From: Eledone cirrhosa
Taxonomy: Eukaryota
DNA: 64,000 nt
Reading direction: 5' to 3'
NCBI GenBank assembly: GCA_964016885.1
Contig: OZ024742.1
Span: 362,452,001-362,516,000, forward strand
Position numbers and translations under genes: made by a program. Shown here one piece after another: positions 1 through 18,000 of the stretch (positions are counted from its first letter, which is position 1; each line of letters starts with the position of its first letter). The notes below the pieces were generated by a model, which was given only the letters and a program-made list of their open reading frames with translations, had not been told where the DNA came from and searched no databases.

Positions 1-3000
1 ACATCACAATCACTGACATCACGACCACTGACGTCACAAACACTGATATCACAATCACTGACATCACAACCACTGACATCACAACCACTGACATCACAAC
101 CGCTGAGATCACAACCACTGACATCACAACCACTGACATCACAACCACTGATATCACAATCACTGACATCACAATCATGACATCATAACCATTGACATCA
201 CAATCACTGACATCACAATCACTGACATCACAACCACTGACATCACAACCACTGACATCACAACCACTGACATCACAATAACTGACATCATAACCACTGA
301 CATCATAACCACTGACATCACAACCACTGACATCATAACCACTGACATCATAACCACTGACATCACAATCACTGACATCACAACCACTGACATCATAACC
401 ACTGACATCACAATCACTGACATCACAACCACTGACATCACAACCACTGTCATAACAATCACTGACATCACAATCACTGACATCACAACCACTGACATCA
501 CAACCACTGACATCACAACCACTGACATCACAATCACTGACATCATAACCACTGACATCATAACCACTGACATCACAATCACTGACATCACGACCACGCA
601 CCTCACAAACACTGATATCACAATCACTGACATCACAACCACTGACATCATAACCACTGACATCACAACCGCTGACGTCACAACCACTGACATCACAACC
701 ACTGACATCACAACCACTGATATCACAATCACTGACATCACAACCGCTGACATCACAATCACTGACATCATAACCACTGTCATCATAACCACTGACATCA
801 CAATCACTGACTTCACAATCACTGACGTCACAACCACTGACATAACAATCACTGACACCACAACCACTGACATCACAACCACTGACGTCACAATTACTGA
901 CATCACAGTCACTGACATCACAACCACTGACATCACAACCACTGACATTACAACCACTGACATCACAATCACTGACATCACGACCACTGACCTCACAAAC
1001 ACTGATATCACAATCACTGACATCACAACCACTGACATCATAACCACTGACATCACAACCACTGACATCACAACCACTGACATCACAACCACTGACATCA
1101 CAACCACTGATATCACAATCACTGACATCACAACCACTGACATCACAATCACTGATATCACAACCACTGACATCACAACCACTGACATCACAACCACTGA
1201 CATCACAACCACTGACATCACAACCACTGACATTACAACCACTGACATCACAATCACTGACATCACAATCACTGACATCATAACCATTGACATCACAATC
1301 ACTGACATCACAATCACTGACATCACAACCACTGACATCACAACCACTGACATCACAACCACTGACATCACAATCACTGACATCATAACCACTGACATCA
1401 TAACCACTGACATCACAATCACTGACATCACGACCACGCACCTCACAAACACTGATATCACAATCACTGACATCACAACCACTGACATCATAACCACTGA
1501 CATCACAACCGCTGACGTCACAACCACTGACATCACAACCACTGACATCACAACCACTGATATCACAATCACTGACATCACAACCGCTGACATCACAATC
1601 ACTGACATCACAATCACTGACATCACAACCACTGACATCACAACCACTGACATCACAACCACTGACATCACAATCACTGACATCATAACCACTGACATCA
1701 TAACCACTGACATCACAACCACTGACATCATAACCACTGACATCACAATCACTGACATCACAACCACTGACATCACAACCACTGACATAACAATCACTGA
1801 CGTCACAACCACTGACATCACAATCACTGACACCACAACCACTGACATCACAACCACTGACATCACAATTACTGACATCACAATCACTCACATCACAATT
1901 ACTGACATCACAACCACTGACACCACAACCACTGACACCACAATCACTGACATCATAACCACTGACATCATAACCACTGACATCACAATCACTGACATCA
2001 CGACCACTGACCTCACAAACACTGATATCACAATCACTGACATCACAACCACTGACATCATAACCACTGACATCACAAACGCTGACATCATAACCACTGA
2101 TATCACAACCACTTATATCACAATCACTGACATCACAATCACTGACATCACAACCACTAACATCACAACCACTGACATCACAACCACTGACATCACAATC
2201 ACTGACATCACAATCACTGACATCACAATCACTGACATCATAACCACTGACATCATAAACACTGACATCACAACCACTGACATCACAACTACTGATATCA
2301 CAATCACTCACGTCACAACCACTGACATCATAACCACTGACATCATAACCACTGACATCATAACCACTGACATCACAATCACTGACATAACGACCACTGA
2401 CCTCCCAAACACTGATATCACAATCACTGACCTCACAACCACTGACATCATAACCACTGACATCATAACCACTGACATCACAACCAATGACATCACAACC
2501 ACTGACATCATAACCACTGACATCACAATCACTGACATCACGACCACTGACCTCCCAAACACTGATATCACAATCACTGACCTCACAACCACTGACATCA
2601 CAACCACAGACATCACAACCACTGACATCCCAACCACTGATATCACAATCAATGACATCACAACCACTGACATCATAACCACTGTCATCATAACCACTGA
2701 CATCATAACCACTGACATCACAACCACTGACATAACAATCACTGACATCACAATCACTGACATCACAATCACTCACATTTACAACCACTGACATCACAAC
2801 CACTGACATCATAACCACTGACACCACAATCACTGACATCATAACCACTGACATCATAACCACTGACATCACAATCACTGACATCACGACCACTGACCTC
2901 ACAACCACTGACATCACAACCGCTGAGATCACAACCACTGACATCACAACCACTGACATCACAACCACTGATATCACAATCACTGACCTCACAACCACTG

Positions 3001-6000
3001 ACATCATAACCACTGACATCATAACCACTGACATCATAACCACTGACATCACAACCACAGACATCACAACCACTGACATCCCAACCACTGATATCACAAT
3101 CAATGACATCACAACCACTGACATCATAACCACTGACATCATAACCACTGACATCATAACCACTGACATCACAACCACTGACATAACAATCACTGACATC
3201 ACAATCACTGACATCACAATCACTCACATCACAACCACTGACATCACAACCACTGACATCACAACCACTGACATCACAACCACTGACATTACAACCACTG
3301 ACATCACAATCACTGACATCACAACCACTGACATCACAATCACTGATATCACAACCACTGACATCACAACCACTGACATCACAACCACTGACATCACAAC
3401 CACTGACATCACAACCACTGACATCACAACCACTGACATTACAACCACTGACATCACAATCACTGACATCACAATCACTGACATCATAACCATTGACATC
3501 ACAATCACTGACATCACAATCACTGACATCACAACCACTGACATCACAATCACTGACATCACAACCACTGACATCACAACCACTGACATCACAACCTCTG
3601 ACATCACAATCACTGACATCATAACCACTGACATCATAACCACTGACATCACAACCACTGACATCATAACCACTGACATCACAACCACTGACATCATAAC
3701 CACTGACATCATAACCACTGACATCACAATCACTGACATCACAACCATTGACATCACAATCACTGACATCACAATCACTGACATCACAACCACTGACATC
3801 ACAATCACTGACATCATAGCCACTGACATCACAATCACTGACATTATAACCACTGACATAATAACCACTGACATCACAATCACTGACATCACAACAACTG
3901 ACACCACAACCACTGACATCACAACCACTGACATCACAACCACTGACATCACAACCACTGACATCACAATCACTAACATCCCAACCACTGATATCACAAC
4001 CACAGACATCACAACCTCTGACATCATAACCACTGACATCACAAACACTGACATCACAACCACTGACATCACAACCACTCACATCATAACCACTGACATC
4101 ATAACCACTGACATCACAACCACTGACATCACAATCACTGACACCACAACCGCTGACATCTCAACCACTGACATCACAACCACTGACATCACAACCACTG
4201 ACATCACAACCACTGACATCATAACCACTGACATAACAATCAGTGACGCCACAACCACTGAGTTCACAATCACTGACACCACAACCACTGACATCACGAC
4301 CACTGACATCACAATCACAGACATCACAATCACTGACATCATAACCACTGACATCATAACCACTTATATCAGAATCAATGACATCACAACCACTGACATC
4401 ACAACCACTGACATCACATCCACTGACATCACATCCACTGACATGACAACCACTGACATCACAACCACTGACATAACAATCACTGACATCACAACCACTG
4501 ACATTACAACCACTGACATCACAACCACTGACATCACAACCACTGACATCACAACCACTGACATAACAATCATTGACATCACAACCACTGACATCATAAC
4601 CACTGACATCACAACCACTGACGTAACAATCAATGACATCACAACCACTGACATCACAACCACTGACATCACACCCACTAATGTCACAACCACTGACATC
4701 ACAATCACTGACACGACAACCACTGACATCACAATCACTGACATCACAACCACTGACATCATAACCACTGACATCACAACCACTTATATCACAATCACTG
4801 ACATCACAATCACTGACATCACAACCACTGACATCACAACCACTGACATCACAACTACTGATATCACAATCACTGACGTCACAACCACTGACATCATAAC
4901 CACTGACATTATAACCACTGACATCATAACCACTGACATCACAATCACTGATATCACGACCACTGACCTCCCAAACACTGATATCACAATCACTGACCTC
5001 ACAACCACTGACATCATAACCACTGACATCATAACCACTGACATCATAACCACTGACATCACAACCACAGACATCACAACCACTGACATCCCAACCACTG
5101 ATATCACAATCAATGACATCACAACCACTGACATCATAACCACTGACATCATAACCACTGACATCATAACCACTGACATCACAACCACTGACATAACAAT
5201 CACTGACATCACAATCACTGACATCACAATCACTCGCACCACAACCACTGACATCACAACCACTGACATCATAACCACTGACACCACAATCACTGACATC
5301 ATAACCACTGACATCATAAACACTGACATCACAACCACTGACATCACAACTACTGATATCACAATCACTGACGTCACAACCACTGACATCATAACCACTG
5401 ACATCATAACCACTGACATCATAACCACTGACATCACAATCACTGACATCACGACCACTGACCTCACAAACACTGATATCACAATCACTGACATCACAAC
5501 CACTGACATCATAACCACTGACATCACAACCACTGACATCACAACCACTGACATCACAACCACTGACATCACAACCACTGATATCACAATCACTGACATC
5601 ACAACCACTGACATCACAATCACTGATATCACAACCACTGACATCACAACCACTGACATCACAACCACTGACATCACAACCACTGACATCACAACCACTG
5701 ACATCACAACCACTGACATTACAATCACTGACATCACAATCACTGACATCATAACCATTGACATCACAATCACTGACATCACAATCACTGACATCACAAC
5801 CACTGACATCACAATCACTGACATCATAACCACTGACATCATAACCACTGACATCACAACCACTGACATCATAACCACTGACATCATAACCACTGACATC
5901 ACAATCACTGACATCACAACCATTGACATCACAATCACTGACATCATAACCACTGACATCACAACCACTGACATCATAACCACTGACATCATAACCACTG

Positions 6001-9000
6001 ACATCACAATCACTGACATCACAACCACTGACATCACAATCACTGACATCATAACCACTGACATCACAACCACTGACATCATAACCACTGACATCACAAC
6101 CACTTATATCACAATCACTGACATCACAATCACTGACATCACAACCACTGACATCACAACCACTGACATCACAACCACTGACATCACAATCACTGACATC
6201 ACAATCACTGACATCACAATCACTGACATCATAACCACTGACATCATAAACACTGACATCACAACCACTGACATCACAACTACTGATATCACAATCACTG
6301 ACGTCACAACCACTGACATCATAACCACTGACATCATAACCACTGACATCATAACCACTGACATCACAATCACTGACATCACGACCACTGACCTCCCAAA
6401 CACTGATATCACAATCACTGACCTCACAACCACTGACATCACAACCACAGCCATCACAACCACTGACATCCCAGCCACTGATATCACAATCAATGACATC
6501 ACAACCACTGACATCATAATCACTGACATCATAACCACAGCCATCACAACCACTGACATCCCAGCCACTGATATCACAATCACTGACATCACAATCACTG
6601 ACATCACAATCACTGACATCACAACCACTGACATCACAACCACTGACATAACAATCACTGACGTCACAACCACTGACATCACAATCACTGACACCACAAC
6701 CACTGACATCACAACCACTGACATCACAATTACTGACATCACAATCACTCACATCACAATTACTGACATCACAACCACTGACACCACAACCACTGACACC
6801 ACAATCACTGACATCATAACCACTGACATCATAACCACTGACATCACAATCACTGACATCACGACCACTGACCTCACAAACACTGATATCACAATCACTG
6901 ACATCACAACCACTGACATCATAACCACTGACATCACAAACACTGACATCATAACCACTGACATCACAACCACTTATATCACAATCACTGACATCACAAT
7001 CACTGACATCACAACCACTGACATCACAACCACTGACATCACAACCACTGACATCACAATCACTGACATCACAATCACTGACATCACAATCACTGACATC
7101 ATAACCACTGACATCATAAACACTGACATCACAACCACTGACATCACAACTACTGATATCACAATCACTCACGTCACAACCACTGACATCATAACCACTG
7201 ACATCATAACCACTGACATCATAACCACTGACATCACAATCACTGACATCACGACCACTGACCTCCCAAACACTGATATCACAATCACTGACCTCACAAC
7301 CACTGACATCATAACCACTGACATCATAACCACTGACATCACAACCAATGACATCACAACCACTGACATCATAACCACTGACATCACAATCACTGACATC
7401 ACGACCACTGACCTCCCAAACACTGATATCACAATCACTGACCTCACAACCACTGACATCACAACCACAGACATCACAACCACTGACATCCCAACCACTG
7501 ATATCACAATCAATGACATCACAACCACTGACATCATAACCACTGTCATCATAACCACTGACATCATAACCACTGACATCACAACCACTGACATAACAAT
7601 CACTGACATCACAATCACTGACATCACAATCACTCACATTTACAACCACTGACATCACAACCACTGACATCATAACCACGGACACCACAATACCTGACAT
7701 CATAACCAATGACATCATAACCACTGACATCACAATCACTGACATCACGACCACTGACGTCACAAACACTGATATCACAATCACTGACATCACAACCACT
7801 GACATCACAACCACTGACATCACAACCGCTGAGATCACAACCACTGACATCACAACCACTGACATCACAACCACTGATATCACAATCACTGACATCACAA
7901 TCATGACATCATAACCATTGACATCACAATCACTGACATCACAATCACTGACATCACAACCACTGACATCACAACCACTGACATCACAACCACTGACATC
8001 ACAATAACTGACATCATAACCACTGACATCATAACCACTGACATCACAACCACTGACATCATAACCACTGACATCATAACCACTGACATCACAATCACTG
8101 ACATCACAACCACTGACATCATAACCACTGACATCACAATCACTGACATCACAACCACTGACATCACAACCACTGTCATAACAATCACTGACATCACAAT
8201 CACTGACATCACAACCACTGACATCACAACCACTGACATCACAACCACTGACATCACAATCACTGACATCATAACCACTGACATCATAACCACTGACATC
8301 ACAATCACTGACATCACGACCACGCACCTCACAAACACTGATATCACAATCACTGACATCACAACCACTGACATCATAACCACTGACATCACAACCGCTG
8401 ACGTCACAACCACTGACATCACAACCACTGACATCACAACCACTGATATCACAATCACTGACATCACAACCGCTGACATCACAATCACTGACATCATAAC
8501 CACTGTCATCATAACCACTGACATCACAATCACTGACTTCACAATCACTGACGTCACAACCACTGACATAACAATCACTGACACCACAACCACTGACATC
8601 ACAACCACTGACGTCACAATTACTGACATCACAGTCACTGACATCACAACCACTGACATCACAACCACTGACATTACAACCACTGACATCACAATCACTG
8701 ACATCACGACCACTGACCTCACAAACACTGATATCACAATCACTGACATCACAACCACTGACATCATAACCACTGACATCACAACCACTGACATCACAAC
8801 CACTGACATCACAACCACTGACATCACAACCACTGATATCACAATCACTGACATCACAACCACTGACATCACAATCACTGATATCACAACCACTGACATC
8901 ACAACCACTGACATCACAACCACTGACATCACAACCACTGACATCACAACCACTGACATTACAACCACTGACATCACAATCACTGACATCACAATCACTG

Positions 9001-12000
9001 ACATCATAACCATTGACATCACAATCACTGACATCACAATCACTGACATCACAACCACTGACATCACAACCACTGACATCACAACCACTGACATCACAAT
9101 CACTGACATCATAACCACTGACATCATAACCACTGACATCACAATCACTGACATCACGACCACGCACCTCACAAACACTGATATCACAATCACTGACATC
9201 ACAACCACTGACATCATAACCACTGACATCACAACCGCTGACGTCACAACCACTGACATCACAACCACTGACATCACAACCACTGATATCACAATCACTG
9301 ACATCACAACCGCTGACATCACAATCACTGACATCACAATCACTGACATCACAACCACTGACATCACAACCACTGACATCACAACCACTGACATCACAAT
9401 CACTGACATCATAACCACTGACATCATAACCACTGACATCACAACCACTGACATCATAACCACTGACATCACAATCACTGACATCACAACCACTGACATC
9501 ACAACCACTGACATAACAATCACTGACGTCACAACCACTGACATCACAATCACTGACACCACAACCACTGACATCACAACCACTGACATCACAATTACTG
9601 ACATCACAATCACTCACATCACAATTACTGACATCACAACCACTGACACCACAACCACTGACACCACAATCACTGACATCATAACCACTGACATCATAAC
9701 CACTGACATCACAATCACTGACATCACGACCACTGACCTCACAAACACTGATATCACAATCACTGACATCACAACCACTGACATCATAACCACTGACATC
9801 ACAAACGCTGACATCATAACCACTGATATCACAACCACTTATATCACAATCACTGACATCACAATCACTGACATCACAACCACTAACATCACAACCACTG
9901 ACATCACAACCACTGACATCACAATCACTGACATCACAATCACTGACATCACAATCACTGACATCATAACCACTGACATCATAAACACTGACATCACAAC
10001 CACTGACATCACAACTACTGATATCACAATCACTCACGTCACAACCACTGACATCATAACCACTGACATCATAACCACTGACATCATAACCACTGACATC
10101 ACAATCACTGACATAACGACCACTGACCTCCCAAACACTGATATCACAATCACTGACCTCACAACCACTGACATCATAACCACTGACATCATAACCACTG
10201 ACATCACAACCAATGACATCACAACCACTGACATCATAACCACTGACATCACAATCACTGACATCACGACCACTGACCTCCCAAACACTGATATCACAAT
10301 CACTGACCTCACAACCACTGACATCACAACCACAGACATCACAACCACTGACATCCCAACCACTGATATCACAATCAATGACATCACAACCACTGACATC
10401 ATAACCACTGTCATCATAACCACTGACATCATAACCACTGACATCACAACCACTGACATAACAATCACTGACATCACAATCACTGACATCACAATCACTC
10501 ACATTTACAACCACTGACATCACAACCACTGACATCATAACCACTGACACCACAATCACTGACATCATAACCACTGACATCATAACCACTGACATCACAA
10601 TCACTGACATCACGACCACTGACCTCACAACCACTGACATCACAACCGCTGAGATCACAACCACTGACATCACAACCACTGACATCACAACCACTGATAT
10701 CACAATCACTGACATCACAATCATGACATCATAACCATTGACATCACAATCACTGACATCACAATCACTGACATCACAACCACTGACATCACAACCACTG
10801 ACATCACAACCACTGACATCACAATAACTGACATCATAACCACTGACATCATAACCACTGACATCACAACCACTGACATCATAACCACTGACATCATAAC
10901 CACTGACATCACAATCACTGACATCACAACCACTGACATCATAACCACTGACATCACAATCACTGACATCACAACCACTGACATCACAACCACTGTCATA
11001 ACAATCACTGACATCATAATCACTGACATCACAACCACTGACATCACAACCACTGACATCACAACCACTGACATCACAATCACTGACATCATAACCACTG
11101 ACATCATAACCACTGACATCACAATCACTGACATCACGACCACGCACCTCACAAACACTGATATCACAATCACTGACATCACAACCACTGACATCATAAC
11201 CACTGACATCACAACCGCTGACGTCACAACCACTGACATCACAACCACTGACATCACAACCACTGATATCACAATCACTGACATCACAACCGCTGACATC
11301 ACAATCACTGACATCACAACCACTGACATCACAACCACTGACATCACAATAACTGACATCATAACCACTGACATCATAACCACTGACATCACAACCACTG
11401 ACATCATAACCACTGACATCATAACCACTGACATCACAATCACTGACATCACAACCACTGACATCATAACCACTGACATCACAATCACTGACATCACAAC
11501 CACTGACATCACAACCACTGTCATAACAATCACTGACATCACAATCACTGACATCACAACCACTGACATCACAACCACTGACATCACAACCACTGACATC
11601 ACAATCACTGACATCATAACCACTGACATCATAACCACTGACATCACAATCACTGACATCACGACCACGCACCTCACAAACACTGATATCACAATCACTG
11701 ACATCACAACCACTGACATCATAACCACTGACATCACAACCGCTGACGTCACAACCACTGACATCACAACCACTGACATCACAACCACTGATATCACAAT
11801 CACTGACATCACAACCGCTGACATCACAATCACTGACATCATAACCACTGTCATCATAACCACTGACATCACAATCACTGACTTCACAATCACTGACGTC
11901 ACAACCACTGACATAACAATCACTGACACCACAACCACTGACATCACAACCACTGACGTCACAATTACTGACATCACAGTCACTGACATCACAACCACTG

Positions 12001-15000
12001 ACATCACAACCACTGACATTACAACCACTGACATCACAATCACTGACATCACGACCACTGACCTCACAAACACTGATATCACAATCACTGACATCACAAC
12101 CACTGACATCATAACCACTGACATCACAACCACTGACATCACAACCACTGACATCACAACCACTGACATCACAACCACTGATATCACAATCACTGACATC
12201 ACAACCACTGACATCACAATCACTGATATCACAACCACTGACATCACAACCACTGACATCACAACCACTGACATCACAACCACTGACATCACAACCACTG
12301 ACATTACAACCACTGACATCACAATCACTGACATCACAATCACTGACATCATAACCATTGACATCACAATCACTGACATCACAATCACTGACATCACAAC
12401 CACTGACATCACAACCACTGACATCACAACCACTGACATCACAATCACTGACATCATAACCACTGACATCATAACCACTGACATCACAATCACTGACATC
12501 ACGACCACGCACCTCACAAACACTGATATCACAATCACTGACATCACAACCACTGACATCATAACCACTGACATCACAACCGCTGACGTCACAACCACTG
12601 ACATCACAACCACTGACATCACAACCACTGATATCACAATCACTGACATCACAACCGCTGACATCACAATCACTGACATCACAATCACTGACATCACAAC
12701 CACTGACATCACAACCACTGACATCACAACCACTGACATCACAATCACTGACATCATAACCACTGACATCATAACCACTGACATCACAACCACTGACATC
12801 ATAACCACTGACATCACAATCACTGACATCACAACCACTGACATCACAACCACTGACATAACAATCACTGACGTCACAACCACTGACATCACAATCACTG
12901 ACACCACAACCACTGACATCACAACCACTGACATCACAATTACTGACATCACAATCACTCACATCACAATTACTGACATCACAACCACTGACACCACAAC
13001 CACTGACACCACAATCACTGACATCATAACCACTGACATCATAACCACTGACATCACAATCACTGACATCACGACCACTGACCTCACAAACACTGATATC
13101 ACAATCACTGACATCACAACCACTGACATCATAACCACTGACATCACAAACGCTGACATCATAACCACTGACATCACAACCACTTATATCACAATCACTG
13201 ACATCACAATCACTGACATCACAACCACTAACATCACAACCACTGACATCACAACCACTGACATCACAATCACTGACATCACAATCACTGACATCACAAT
13301 CACTGACATCATAACCACTGACATCATAAACACTGACATCACAACCACTGACATCACAACTACTGATATCACAATCACTCACGTCACAACCACTGACATC
13401 ATAACCACTGACATCATAACCACTGACATCATAACCACTGACATCACAATCACTGACATCACGACCACTGACCTCCCAAACACTGATATCACAATCACTG
13501 ACCTCACAACCACTGACATCATAACCACTGACATCATAACCACTGACATCACAACCAATGACATCACAACCACTGACATCATAACCACTGACATCACAAT
13601 CACTGACATCACGACCACTGACCTCCCAAACACTGATATCACAATCACTGACCTCACAACCACTGACATCACAACCACAGACATCACAACCACTGACATC
13701 CCAACCACTGATATCACAATCAATGACATCACAACCACTGACATCATAACCACTGTCATCATAACCACTGACATCATAACCACTGACATCACAACCACTG
13801 ACATAACAATCACTGACATCACAATCACTGACATCACAATCACTCACATTTACAACCACTGACATCACAACCACTGACATCATAACCACTGACACCACAA
13901 TCACTGACATCATAACCACTGACATCATAACCACTGACATCACAATCACTGACATCACGACCACTGACCTCACAACCACTGACATCACAACCGCTGAGAT
14001 CACAACCACTGACATCACAACCACTGACATCACAACCACTGATATCACAATCACTGACATCACAATCATGACATCATAACCATTGACATCACAATCACTG
14101 ACATCACAATCACTGACATCACAACCACTGACATCACAACCACTGACATCACAACCACTGACATCACAATAACTGACATCATAACCACTGACATCATAAC
14201 CACTGACATCACAACCACTGACATCATAACCACTGACATCATAACCACTGACATCACAATCACTGACATCACAACCACTGACATCATAACCACTGACATC
14301 ACAATCACTGACATCACAACCACTGACATCACAACCACTGTCATAACAATCACTGACATCACAATCACTGACATCACAACCACTGACATCACAACCACTG
14401 ACATCACAACCACTGACATCACAATCACTGACATCATAACCACTGACATCATAACCACTGACATCACAATCACTGACATCACGACCACGCACCTCACAAA
14501 CACTGATATCACAATCACTGACATCACAACCACTGACATCATAACCACTGACATCACAACCGCTGACGTCACAACCACTGACATCACAACCACTGACATC
14601 ACAACCACTGATATCACAATCACTGACATCACAACCGCTGACATCACAATCACTGACATCATAACCACTGACATCATAACCACTGACATCACAATCACTG
14701 ACATCACAATCACTGACGTCACAACCACTGACATAACAATCACTGACACCACAACCACTGACATCACAACCACTGACGTCACAATTACTGACATCACAAT
14801 CACTGACATCACAACCACTGACATCACAACCACTGACATTAGAACCACTGACATCACAATCACTGACATCACGACCACTGACCTCACAAACACTGATATC
14901 ACAATCACTGACATCACAACCACTGACATCATAACCACTGACATCACAACCACTGACATCACAACCACTGACATCACAACCACTGACATCACAACCACTG

Positions 15001-18000
15001 ATATCACAATCACTGACATCACAACCACTGACATCACAATCACTGATATCACAACCACTGACATCACAACCACTGACATCACAACCACTGACATCACAAC
15101 CACTGACATTACAACCACTGACATCACAATCACTGACATCACAATCACTGACATCATAACCATTGACATCACAATCACTGACATCACAATCACTGACATC
15201 ACAACCACTGACATCACAACCACTGACATCACAACCACTGACATCACAATCACTGACATCATAACCACTGACATCATAACCACTGACATCACAATCACTG
15301 ACATCACGACCACGCACCTCACAAACACTGATATCACAATCACTGACATCACAACCACTGACATCATAACCACTGACATCACAACCGCTGACGTCACAAC
15401 CACTGACATCACAACCACTGACATCACAACCACTGATATCACAATCACTGACATCACAACCGCTGACATCACAATCACTGACATCACAATCACTGACATC
15501 ACAACCACTGACATCACAACCACTGACATCACAACCACTGACATCACAATCACTGACATCATAACCACTGACATCATAACCACTGACATCACAACCACTG
15601 ACATCATAACCACTGACATCACAATCACTGACATCACAACCACTGACATCACAATCACTGACATCATAACCACTGACATCACAACCACTGACATCATAAC
15701 CACTGACATCACAACCACTTATATCACAATCACTGACATCACAATCACTGACATCACAACCACTGACATCACAACCACTGACATCACAACCACTGACATC
15801 ACAATCACTGACATCACAATCACTGACATCACAATCACTGACATCATAACCACTGACATCATAAACACTGACATCACAACCACTGACATCACAACTACTG
15901 ATATCACAATCACTGACGTCACAACCACTGACATCATAACCACTGACATCATAACCACAGCCATCACAACCACTGACATCCCAGCCACTGATATCACAAT
16001 CACTGACATCACAATCACTGACATCACAATCACTGACATCACAAGCACTGACATCACAACCACTGACATAACAATCACTGACGTCACAACCACTGACATC
16101 ACAATCACTGACACCACAACCACTGACATCACAACCACTGACATCACAATTACTGACATCACAATCACTCACATCACAATTACTGACATCACAACCACTG
16201 ACATCACAATTACTGACATCACAATCACTCACATCACAATTACTGACATCACAACCACTGACACCACAACCACTGACACCACAATCACTGACATCATAAC
16301 CACTGACATCATAACCACTGACATCACAATCACTGACATCACGACCACTGACCTCACAAACACTGATATCACAATCACTGACATCACAACCACTGACATC
16401 ATAACCACTGACATCACAAACACTGACATCATAACCACTGACATCACAACCACTTATATCACAATCACTGACATCACAATCACTGACATCACAACCACTG
16501 ACATCACAACCACTGACATCACAACCACTGACATCACAATCACTGACATCACAATCACTGACATCACAATCACTGACATCATAACCACTGACATCATAAA
16601 CACTGAGATCACAACCACTGACATCACAACTACTGATATCACAATCACTCACGTCACAACCACTGACATCATAACCACTGACATCATAACCACTGACATC
16701 ACAATCACTGACATCACGACCACTGACCTCCCAAACACTGATATCACAATCACTGACCTCACAACCACTGACATCATAACCACTGACATCACAAACACTG
16801 ACATCATAACCACTGACATCACAACCACTTATATCACAATCACTGACATCACAATCACTGACATCACAACCACTGACATCACAACCACTGACATCACAAC
16901 CACTGACATCACAATCACTGACATCACAATCACTGACATCACAATCACTGACATCATAACCACTGACATCATAAACACTGACATCACAACCACTGACATC
17001 ACAACTACTGATATCACAATCACTCACGTCACAACCACTGACATCATAACCACTGACATCATAACCACTGACATCATAACCACTGACATCACAATCACTG
17101 ACATCACGACCACTGACCTCCCAAACACTGATATCACAATCACTGACCTCACAACCACTGACATCATAACCACTGACATCACAATCACTGACATCACGAC
17201 CACTGACCTCCCAAACACTGATATCACAATCACTGACCTCACAACCACTGACATCACAACCACAGACATCACAACCACTGACATCCCAACCACTGATATC
17301 ACAATCAATGACATCACAACCACTGACATCATAACCACTGACATCATAACCACTGACATCATAACCACTGACATCACAACCACTGACATAACAATCACTG
17401 ACATCACAATCACTGACATCACAATCACTCACATTTACAACCACTGACATCACAACCACTGACATCATAACCACTGACACCACAATCACTGACATCATAA
17501 CCACTGACATCATAACCACTGACATCACAATCACTGACATCACGACCACTGACCTCACAAACACTGATATCACAATCACTGACATCACAACCACTGACAT
17601 CATAACCACTGACATCACAACCGCTGACATCACAACCACTGACATCACAACCACTGACATCACAACCACTGATATCACAATCACTGACATCACAATCACT
17701 GACATCATAACCATTGACATCACAATCACTGACATCACAATCACTGACATCACAACCACTGACATCACAACCACTGACATCACAACCACTGACATCACAA
17801 TCACTGACATCATAACCACTGACATCATAACCACTGACATCACAACCACTGACATCATAACCACTGACATCATAACCACTGACATCACAATCACTGACAT
17901 CACAACCACTGACATCATAACCACTGACATCACAATCACTGACATCACAACCACTGACATCACAACCACTGACATAACAATCACTGACGTCACAATCACT

